Shown in pieces: positions 8,340 through 15,580 of a stretch of DNA of 61,180 bases (the first letter of the stretch is position 1; every line of letters starts with the position of its first letter). The notes beneath the pieces are model-generated. The model ran no database searches. It was not told the DNA's origin and saw nothing but the letters and a program-made list of their open reading frames with translations. Made by a program: the position numbers and the translations under genes. This DNA is from a virus, in the IMG/VR virus record IMGVR_UViG_3300023099_000001, positions 1 to 61,180 of that record. One strand, given 5' to 3'.

Positions 8340-8954
8340 TTACTCTAGCGTCTGCGGGGGCGCTTGTACAGCGTTTTTGTTAATATCTTCGATCAGATTA
8401 CGGTAAAACGAACGCTGCGCTTCTGACATATTCGGGTCAGAATACCAATCCTCCGGCATGCTCTCAGTGGTCATAACATTCCACTCGTTCAGTTTGTAAT
8501 GGTACTCATACTCAGCCTGTTCGCCATCCTCAAGCTTCGTAATCCACACCGAACGCTCTGCGCGGTCAAGACTGTACTCCCACCCCAACACCGTAGCTTC
8601 GTTTGACAATTCAGCGTCAATCTTCTCGATTGTTGCAATTTTCTTCTGCGCCAGTCCAGCCACCGGACGAATTCTTGTTGTCAGCCCGCGCTCTTTGCGC
8701 TTTTGCGGGTCAGTTTCAATGAGCGGCTTATCGTTGCGAATCAGGTAAACGAAATTTCTGGTATTACCGATAGCTTCCGCAACCTGACCCACGGTGTAGT
8801 GGTAGTCAGCTTGCACCTTAAAAATGGCGCGCTGCAACGCTTGACGTTGGGGCGCTAACTCGTCTTCAAGCTGTTGACGTTGACGAGCTTTAATAGCTTC
8901 TCTGGTTTCCCAGAACTCGTTGTACTTATCGCTCAAATCTTCTAAACTACTCAT
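8340..8954 (-). CDS. hypothetical protein (204 aa); first gene downstream of the AT-rich palindrome region
   Basis: ORF track; possible HTH around TVGQVAEAIGNTRNFVYLIRN. Confidence 0.6.
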   Translation of the reverse strand: MSSLEDLSDKYNEFWETREAIKARQRQQLEDELAPQRQALQRAIFKVQADYHYTVGQVAEAIGNTRNFVYLIRNDKPLIETDPQKRKERGLTTRIRPVAGLAQKKIATIEKIDAELSNEATVLGWEYSLDRAERSVWITKLEDGEQAEYEYHYKLNEWNVMTTESMPEDWYSDPNMSEAQRSFYRNLIEDINKNAVQAPPQTLE

Positions 8955-9378
8955 TTTTATCTCTTTCGTGTCATAAACTAATTGTTTTAGGACGTACCAA
9001 TTATTTTGTGCGTACTAAACAATATAATCCTTCTCCGCACCAGCATGCGGGAGTAGATTAATTAATCTAGTTTGTATAATTTTGTCAGTACGTAGTAGAT
9101 TAATTAGTTTAGTACACTTTTTTGGGTGTGTCAAGTCAAAATTGTGCGATTCCGGGTTGTTTTTTGCTGTTTTTGAGGTTCAAATTTGCGTTTTTCGCTT
9201 TTTCCTCTATGTGAATGTGTAAAAGAATAATATATATATATTATTCTTTTAGAGCGACACAAAGGGAGAAAACTTAAACTGACCGATCGGTCAGGAATTT
9301 TCTGGAAAAAGGCACAACAACACAACTAACACAAAAAAGACAACACTAGTTACTTTCAGAACCAACAACTCTGATTTG

Positions 9379-9588
9379 TCAAGCATCGTTGACTCCCAAC
9401 ATTTCGTAAACACCCTTAGCAAATTCATCTGCTGAAATAGTAATGCCATCTATTCTGACATTATGCACATTCCAGATATTAATAAGAACAACAGACTCGT
9501 CGTCCTGTTTTTCCAACATCAAAGTAATAGACTTAACTTTATGTTTGCTGATGATTTTCACACCAAAATCACGAATGTTATACAACAT
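9379..9588 (-). CDS. hypothetical small protein (69 aa; start at ATG 9588)
   Basis: MLYNIRDFGVKIISKH...; the longer ORF would overlap the upstream gene. Confidence 0.5.
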   Translation of the reverse strand: MLYNIRDFGVKIISKHKVKSITLMLEKQDDESVVLINIWNVHNVRIDGITISADEFAKGVYEMLGVNDA

Positions 9589-9838
9589 TTTTGAATGCCT
9601 TACTGTGATAGTAAACCTCGAAAGTGTTCCAGCAGATAGCTGACCACACATAACCAGACTTAGTTGGGGGAGAAACTAAATTTCTCAGATTAGCCTCAAG
9701 GCTTGCCTCAAGCAACGAATCAAATTTATGTGATTGCCCATTCTGAGAAAAAGAACTACTAACACCTAACGGTAACACAGCAGGAGTTTCGACAATACCA
9801 AAACGTAGCGGCCTGCCGTACTTATCAGTGTCAGGCAT
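9578..9838 (-). CDS. hypothetical protein (86 aa)
   Basis: ORF track. Confidence 0.5.
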   Translation of the reverse strand: MPDTDKYGRPLRFGIVETPAVLPLGVSSSFSQNGQSHKFDSLLEASLEANLRNLVSPPTKSGYVWSAICWNTFEVYYHSKAFKNVV

Positions 9839-10112
9839 TTTTCAAATCCTCAAGCGTGATATCAGTGACTAAACGGTCAACAGAGTGTACGAGCTCATAA
9901 GTACCATTAGTGCGAACAACAGCCACAAAACGATTGTGTGCCGTACCAGCAATCATTGTAACCGCTCCGGTAGCAGGCGGTGTATGCACATTCCACGACA
10001 GCTTAGGGTTAGCTGATTTAATAATGTCAACCTGAATTTGCTGACGGTTAGAAAACTGACCTGTACTGTTTCTGACTTTATGAAAATTACTGGTGTTATT
10101 AGGTTTAGCCAT
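9831..10112 (-). CDS. hypothetical protein (93 aa)
   Basis: ORF track. Confidence 0.55.
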   Translation of the reverse strand: MAKPNNTSNFHKVRNSTGQFSNRQQIQVDIIKSANPKLSWNVHTPPATGAVTMIAGTAHNRFVAVVRTNGTYELVHSVDRLVTDITLEDLKNA

Positions 10113-10115
10113 AAT

Positions 10116-10340
10116 TCAGGTACCCTGCCTTCCCACAAGCTGCTTTAAATATTCAGCATTAAATTCTTCAAGATCAACAATAATATTCACATAGCTATGG
10201 CCGTCTTCAAGCTCCACATACATCTGAGTAGCATTAAAAACCTTTATAGTCAACACATGAGTCACGTCAGTACCGCCGCCTGTGTGATCGAGTAGTTTAG
10301 AATCTTCGTTCAGAGGAACAAATTTTTCAGGCTTAGTCAT
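10116..10340 (-). CDS. hypothetical small protein (74 aa; start at ATG 10340)
   Basis: MTKPEKFVPLNEDS...; the ATG overlaps the upstream stop by 8 nt. Confidence 0.5.
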   Translation of the reverse strand: MTKPEKFVPLNEDSKLLDHTGGGTDVTHVLTIKVFNATQMYVELEDGHSYVNIIVDLEEFNAEYLKQLVGRQGT

Positions 10341-10572
10341 AACTACGTGACCCCACCCCTGAGCCGTTAACCCAACCAAGAGTGCGGATAAGCTCAAGAC
10401 TCTCAAGCTCTTTATCAGGAATTGGCAAATCCATGTCAACGTCGAAACGGCTGCGTTTAGGCCGAGCTATCAAACTCTTGTGCATATCATTCACACGCTG
10501 CCTAGCTGCCACCCTAGCCGCTGTAGGAGCATTTCTGGGCGTAGAGTACTTAGAAGTGGGAGCCTTAGCCAC
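10333..10572 (-). CDS. hypothetical basic protein (79 aa)
   Basis: ORF track. Confidence 0.5.
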   Translation of the reverse strand: MAKAPTSKYSTPRNAPTAARVAARQRVNDMHKSLIARPKRSRFDVDMDLPIPDKELESLELIRTLGWVNGSGVGSRSYD

Positions 10573-10756
10573 GATTCGTAACCTCTACAATTTCATCCCA
10601 ATCGCTGCGAGAAAGCAGAACAATGTACGGATGAGAATTACTACGTTTTACAGAAACCTGCACAAGCTCGTCCTGAGCTACAACAGTAACAGAATTGTGC
10701 GGCTGCACGTTGTCTGTCTTTGTAACTCTTGTGAAGGTTGCCACAGGATTTCTCAT
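10565..10756 (-). CDS. hypothetical small protein (63 aa)
   Basis: ORF track; first gene after the 626-nt noncoding region. Confidence 0.5.
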   Translation of the reverse strand: MRNPVATFTRVTKTDNVQPHNSVTVVAQDELVQVSVKRSNSHPYIVLLSRSDWDEIVEVTNRG

Positions 10757-11382
10757 TTCTTGATTAGGTAATTACAAAAACTTGCCCGTAGGATCATACA
10801 TGGGGAGCTTTAGGGACTTTTAGCTCTCTGCCTCCACGTTCCATTCCAGTGAGTCAATTTCATATCTAGAATTTAGTTGTTACCTGACTGCCCTCATTCA
10901 CTACGCCATAGCTACGTGACTTATTGGGAATTTAAGATTGGCTAAATGCCCTCTGCGAGTTTTCTAGGGTTTCAAGTTTCATTTAGCCAATCAGCACGAC
11001 TGACACTTACTCTAGGCAATGTTCGGGCATTCCTGTTTCACTGCCAGCCGCGCAGACTGTCTAACTAATATATTTTCTATGTCGCTACACCAGTCCGGTC
11101 GTTTCTGGAATTACAAGCAATTCACCGGAGTTTCTAAAATCACATATATTCAACCCTATAGGCGGGTAACCTGTCGCTTTTACATGATAGCTCCTGATTA
11201 GGTATTTTTCATTTCTGTGCTACAAGAGAAACACTACGGGGAGTCAAGGTGTCTTGTCTAGTGTTTCTTTATAACAGATTGGTAACGGAAGATAACAGCC
11301 TGCAAACCAGCCTGAGAACTTGATTTCGAAAAATCAACTCTAGGCGCTTTACGTGGGACAGGTACAAAGCTGGGGAGTGTGA
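10757..11382 (-). other. 626-nt noncoding, hairpin-dense region between two leftward gene blocks (candidate structured RNA or regulatory region)
   Basis: No credible ORF on either strand. Perfect 13-bp (10936-10948/10980-10992) and 10-bp (11227-11236/11259-11268) inverted repeats, plus several shorter ones. Confidence 0.5.
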
Positions 11383-11613
11383 TCATTTCGAAATCACATC
11401 CGTGCCCAGCCCGTTACCCTGCACGTCCGCATCCCAAAAGCAATTATCGCTATCTTCAGTGGGGCACGGAGTTTCGGCGGGTATAGAAATAGTGGGCAAT
11501 TGCTGGGGAACAAACTGCATTTCCTGAATCTTGTTACCCACAATTACGATGAGTGCAACTGCAACCAACACAATCATGCAGTCCATAGCTGTTTTCAAAA
11601 ACTTGGGAATCAT
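11383..11613 (-). CDS. small membrane protein (76 aa, one TM helix)
   Basis: MIPKFLKTAMDCMIVLVAVALIVIVGNKI... is a hydrophobic N-terminus. ATGA overlap with the upstream ORF. Confidence 0.6.
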   Translation of the reverse strand: MIPKFLKTAMDCMIVLVAVALIVIVGNKIQEMQFVPQQLPTISIPAETPCPTEDSDNCFWDADVQGNGLGTDVISK

Positions 11614-11735
11614 GCTGGGTTTCCTACTCTCTTAGTGTTGTGTGAAATCTTTTCGAAGCTGGGTAAGTTGTCCATGTCCACGTCAAGGGCGGCAAGGCAC
11701 GACAGGGCACGCTGTAGCTTTCCTGAAATTCTCAT
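11610..11735 (-). CDS. small ORF (41 aa)
   Basis: Hand translation MRISGKLQRALSCLAALDVDMDNLPSFEKISHNTKRVGNPA; ATGA-coupled to 11613. Confidence 0.4.
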   Translation of the reverse strand: MRISGKLQRALSCLAALDVDMDNLPSFEKISHNTKRVGNPA

Positions 11736-11736
11736 T

Positions 11737-11880
11737 TCAGTAATCCCCTAAAAAGTAATCCCCTAAAATAGGAGCTAGGACCAACATAACCGCCGTGAGA
11801 ACACTATCCACAGTGGGATTATCCGCTTCCATAGCCTTATCAATGGCTTCGCCAAGGTCGTATTTAAGCTCTTCCAGCAT
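11737..11880 (-). CDS. small ORF (47 aa) downstream of hammerhead C
   Basis: Hand translation MLEELKYDLGEAIDKAMEADNPTVDSVLTAVMLVLAPILGDYFLGDY; the ATG lies 20 nt after the ribozyme motif. Confidence 0.45.
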   Translation of the reverse strand: MLEELKYDLGEAIDKAMEADNPTVDSVLTAVMLVLAPILGDYFLGDY

Positions 11881-11899
11881 TTTGATAACTCACTCTCTA

Positions 11900-11963
11900 A
11901 GTCTCATCAGTGTGCCTATCTGACACAGACCTAGCCTAATTGAATTTAGGCTAGGTTTCGACT
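11900..11963 (-). ncRNA. hammerhead ribozyme motif C (type II permutation)
   Basis: Minus-strand RNA: A GUC GAAA CCUAGCCUAA-auucaa-UUAGGCUAGG UC UGUGUC-agaua-GGCACA CUGAUGA GAC U. All invariant core nucleotides and a GUC cleavage triplet are present. Confidence 0.75.
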
Positions 11964-11976
11964 AGTTGGATAGAGA

Positions 11977-12816
11977 TTAGATGCTGTACGCTTCCCCACA
12001 GTTATCGCACGTCATCGTGGACTTCTCGTACATGTCACGAGGAATCCGGTAAATCGTGTCACAAGGGCACGAGACAGTGACCGTAGCGCTACCGTAAGCC
12101 TTACGCGGTTTCGGCGTGAACGGAATGTTCAAGTCAATTCCTGTAGTACCGCCGTAAGGGTTAGTGCTGGAAATGCGCCGGTAAATCGTGATCGCTGACA
12201 TAAGATTCTCGATTTTGTCGGCATACAGGGCGCGTGCGCTATCAGTGATACCCGGCGTAACGTGACCGATGTTTTGGTTCACGTTCGTGTTGGGGTCACG
12301 CTCCACAACACAACCGAAAGATGCTGCGAGGTTCGCAAAACGCTTGTTGTGGTAACGCCCTGAACGGGACGTGTCCTGAATGCCTTTAGCGTGCGCGTAA
12401 GCATGCGCAGCTTCATGCAACAGCGTGGAAACAGTTTTGATAACCTGTCCACCGTTTGTGTTCCACTCGCCCACCATAGACAGCGTGGAAAGCATCAACT
12501 CGTGGTGCGCAGCACCTTCGTACCGGTTCGGCGCGAAATGCCCATGAGCCCGTGTGTCGGCCTGCAACACAATGTTGACAGGCGGGGTACCGGGGTGTGT
12601 GTGCTGAATTTCACGCCACAACTCATTGATAGCGTTCAGAATGGGCAGAGTCGGCGTGTCATGGCGCAGAAACACTGCCAGCGCCTTACCGGGCAGCGTG
12701 TCGTGGTCCCGGTCGGCAGGGTAGCTCTTCTCAATGTTGCTAGCCCGCGTCAGGCTAACCACCCCGTGATCGACGGCGGCAACCAACGGGGCGTAAGTGA
12801 CTTTACGTGTTGACAT
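11977..12816 (-). CDS. SprT-like zinc metalloprotease with C-terminal zinc ribbon (279 aa; start at ATG 12816)
   Basis: LLHEAAHAYAHAKGIQDTSRSGRYHNKRFANLA contains an HExxH motif. C-terminal CPCD...CDNCG. The listed upstream start at 12849 lies inside the ribozyme motif. Confidence 0.7.
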   Translation of the reverse strand: MSTRKVTYAPLVAAVDHGVVSLTRASNIEKSYPADRDHDTLPGKALAVFLRHDTPTLPILNAINELWREIQHTHPGTPPVNIVLQADTRAHGHFAPNRYEGAAHHELMLSTLSMVGEWNTNGGQVIKTVSTLLHEAAHAYAHAKGIQDTSRSGRYHNKRFANLAASFGCVVERDPNTNVNQNIGHVTPGITDSARALYADKIENLMSAITIYRRISSTNPYGGTTGIDLNIPFTPKPRKAYGSATVTVSCPCDTIYRIPRDMYEKSTMTCDNCGEAYSI

Positions 12817-12832
12817 TCTATTCTCTCTTTCA

Positions 12833-12887
12833 AGACTCATCAGGTGCACTATCTGTGCACGACACGCTGTGGGAGCGTGTTTCGTCT
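12833..12887 (-). ncRNA. hammerhead ribozyme motif A (type II permutation)
   Basis: Minus-strand RNA: A GAC GAAA CACGCU-cccac-AGCGUG UC GUGCAC-agaua-GUGCAC CUGAUGA GUC U. Confidence 0.75.
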
Positions 12888-12894
12888 AGGGGGG

Positions 12895-13098
12895 TTACTC
12901 CCAGTCTGCTAGTGCTCCTGTTACCTCGAATTGTTCGAACGCTGCGCACAATGCGTCGCTACGGTCCAACCGAGGCCAGTTGCCTACTCGTGATTCGAAT
13001 ACCGAACCGTCGGTGTCAGCAATCGTTAGCACCGTATAACTGGGACGGTCCCCGAATGCCGGACCTTGCTTACCTGTAACAACTGTTATGCGTTCCAT
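12895..13098 (-). CDS. hypothetical protein (67 aa); first ORF of the ribozyme-punctuated operon
   Basis: ORF track; the ATG lies 21 nt after hammerhead B. Confidence 0.55.
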   Translation of the reverse strand: MERITVVTGKQGPAFGDRPSYTVLTIADTDGSVFESRVGNWPRLDRSDALCAAFEQFEVTGALADWE

Positions 13099-13119
13099 TG
13101 CTCTGCCTTTCGTGTAGTG

Positions 13120-13169
13120 GACTCATCAGCACGGGGGTTATCCGTGGACCCGTATACGCGGGTTTCGTC
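13120..13169 (-). ncRNA. hammerhead ribozyme motif B (type II permutation)
   Basis: Minus-strand RNA: GAC GAAA CCCG-cguaua-CGGG UC CACGG-auaaccc-CCGUG CUGAUGA GUC. Confidence 0.7.
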
Positions 13170-14164
13170 GGGTGGCTAGTACTTCGCGGCCCTAGCTAGG
13201 CGTTCCCTGAGACCCTGCCACCGTTTCGACTCCTACTATCCATGCGGCCCGGTGGGGCTCATTGATATCAGTATAGCCGCATATAGGCAGAATTGACCTG
13301 CAAATATCAACGGATTTATAACATTGCAGACCGTGCAAGATTGTGAGTACATAGCCCCCTCCACTAGTGGATATGCGCCACCCTGTCAATACCCCCGTAT
13401 ATACGCGCGCGGGCGAGGAAAACTCAGTCTTTCGAGCAGGGGGGTGTATGTACTGGTGTATGAGTGAGTCAATGGAACAGTACAGAGACCAACACATTGA
13501 TATATGAGTGTCAATCAATAGCTAGGTGCGCTGACATATGAGAGTCAATGAGTCGTTGACATATACATGTAGCTAGAACATATGTACGAGACAGAACAGT
13601 CTGTCGCACTATTAGCACTCGCAGAGCAAGAGTGCCAAAAGGGGGGTTTAGTGGGGTAAAGAGAACCCCGGAATAGAGCGGCTGAAAGGGGCTGATTCGA
13701 TTCTACGGGGCGAACGGGGATGAGTTAGGGGTAGCGGATGGGTAAGGGGGGTCAAGGGCTTAGACGGGCGCACAGGGCCGCACGCTATGAACTAGCTGTA
13801 TGAACACTGATAGGTGTGAGTGTAGAACACATGTACTAAACAGGGTGAGGATGTGTCAAGTTAAGAGTATGTACTGGTGTATGTACTAGCGTGACATATA
13901 AATGTATACATGAAAGGGATTAGAGTTGAATGAACGCTGATAGATAGCTGTGAGCGGGCTATGAGAAGAGCAAGAGAAACAAATGAGAATAAATCATGTT
14001 CAATCGATGAAAGAAGATAATGAGAGAATGTCACGGCTGGGAGAGCGTGGTTGGGGGTGGTGTATGTATTTTTGTATTAAAAATTTCTAGTGTAGTTTCT
14101 CTTTTCCAAAAAATAATCGGAGAAAAAATTGCTATAGGACCCGTTCTAGTTGTAGACTGTCTAC
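13170..14164. promoter_or_regulatory. about 1-kb noncoding divergent control region (repeats, G-tract cluster); candidate promoters, ori or pac
   Basis: Lies between leftward and rightward gene blocks. Only an implausible Cys/His-rich ORF is present. Direct repeats and 11 G-runs. Confidence 0.5.
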
Positions 14165-14476
14165 ATGAAAGATAAAACGCTTGAAGAGGTAGTATTAGAT
14201 TCTGTACAATCTACGTTGAGTACAGCAACACCTGAACAAATTACTGATTTAATCCGGGCACCATACGAGGATTTGAAGGGCAATAAAATGGACGAGTTTG
14301 ATTACATGCAGGACGATGCGCTAATGAAATTTACAAAACAGTTTGAGCCAGAGCTTAGCGACCATTACACCGGTAATATCGCGGATTACACTTTCTTTAT
14401 TCAGGAAGAGTTTCTGCCCCGTTTCGAGCGCGCTGTGTGGGAGCTAACGCTGCAATCCAGACCTAGCCGCAGGTAG
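14165..14476 (+). CDS. hypothetical protein (103 aa)
   Basis: ORF track; first rightward gene. TTGCTA-18 nt-TAGACT lies 6 nt upstream of the ATG (possible leaderless start). Confidence 0.6.
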   Translation: MKDKTLEEVVLDSVQSTLSTATPEQITDLIRAPYEDLKGNKMDEFDYMQDDALMKFTKQFEPELSDHYTGNIADYTFFIQEEFLPRFERAVWELTLQSRPSRR

Positions 14477-14492
14477 TGCTAAAATAGGTTGT

Positions 14493-14870
14493 ATGGCGAA
14501 TATGGTGTTGGTTGACTATAAGACTTTAGAGAACCCCCAAAAACGGGAGGTCGTTAAAGCCTTCCTTATCGAGCACTTAATTAGCCATCCCGATACCCTG
14601 ATTACTGTGCTGAATGCTGAATGGGACGCTCAACCTGTTATGACTAAAACTAGTCTGAAAGGTTGGGCGTTTCCTTTTGACGGGTTGGCGGTTAACCCTT
14701 TGACGTTGGAGGTACCTCCGATTACGTTTAAAACAATGTTTGCTGCGAGTGTGTCTGAAAAAGCTGAGCACAAGGTTGTGCTGGTTATTGATGACGAAAT
14801 GGAAGCGCTTACCATGTGGAAAAATTTTGGTGTAGTATTTACGTTAAGTCCTGAAGTTAAAGCGGCATAG
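14493..14870 (+). CDS. hypothetical protein (125 aa)
   Basis: ORF track. Confidence 0.6.
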   Translation: MANMVLVDYKTLENPQKREVVKAFLIEHLISHPDTLITVLNAEWDAQPVMTKTSLKGWAFPFDGLAVNPLTLEVPPITFKTMFAASVSEKAEHKVVLVIDDEMEALTMWKNFGVVFTLSPEVKAA

Positions 14871-14888
14871 AAGAGAGTAAGTGTTATT

Positions 14889-15104
14889 ATGGGTGTTTCT
14901 GCGTCTAAGTATGTGAAAGACATTATGGAAGTTCTGACTATGCAGGACGGGCAATTCAATGAAGAAATTAGTGCTTATGTTACTGCGTATGCTTGCGGTG
15001 AAGATCAGGTTGCTGTAGAGTTAGAATATGTAGACCCGGATGATGACGAGGATATGGAAATCGTTCAGGTTAAAAAATTCACTATTGTTATTACAGAAGA
15101 CTAG
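14889..15104 (+). CDS. hypothetical acidic protein (71 aa)
   Basis: ORF track. Confidence 0.55.
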   Translation: MGVSASKYVKDIMEVLTMQDGQFNEEISAYVTAYACGEDQVAVELEYVDPDDDEDMEIVQVKKFTIVITED

Positions 15105-15116
15105 AGGATTAAAATT

Positions 15117-15485
15117 ATGGCAGCACGTAACGAACGCAATAGTTTTTCAAGCAGCGAGACTATGACACGCACTTTTGTTGTTACACAGAAGCATGAGTAT
15201 GAGTATCAGGTACGTAAGAAAAATACCGATATGCTTACCAGCGCGCCGGTAGATTACGACACGTTGCCGGAAGATCACCCTGACTATGAGTGGATAGAGT
15301 CTAACTGGACAGACACAGTTACGGCTTATGTTATCGAGCCGCGTGATGATAGCGACGTAGTATGCGTTAGAGTTGGTGAAAGCGATAATTCTTTAACACT
15401 TTACGACGAAGGCGATATTGACGCTTACATTCAGTTGCTGTCTGATATCAAAGCCGCTAAGGTATTTGATAAGAAGTCCGAATAA
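15117..15485 (+). CDS. hypothetical protein (122 aa)
   Basis: ORF track; followed by a terminator. Confidence 0.6.
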   Translation: MAARNERNSFSSSETMTRTFVVTQKHEYEYQVRKKNTDMLTSAPVDYDTLPEDHPDYEWIESNWTDTVTAYVIEPRDDSDVVCVRVGESDNSLTLYDEGDIDAYIQLLSDIKAAKVFDKKSE

Positions 15486-15509
15486 ATCCGAAGTATTCGG
15501 AATAGAAGA

Positions 15510-15540
15510 CCCCGCTGAGAAATTGGCGGGGTTTTCGTTT
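15510..15540 (+). terminator. rho-independent terminator
   Basis: CCCCGC-ugagaaauug-GCGGGG followed by TTTTCGTTT. Confidence 0.7.
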
Positions 15541-15580
15541 GTCTGCACGGATTTGACATTTACATGATAAAATGTAAGTT

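Noticed and set aside
13223-13230. Fourth GUCGAAAC word (minus strand) just upstream of hammerhead B
   Set aside because: No U-H cleavage dinucleotide, no stem I hairpin and no CUGANGA box follow in the required order. It is probably part of a flanking hairpin (13171-13222).
13192-13518. 108-aa minus-strand ORF in the divergent region
   Set aside because: It has a Cys/His/Ile-rich, implausible composition and no RBS. It spans repeat elements and lies upstream of the ribozyme-led operon, so it is likely noncoding.
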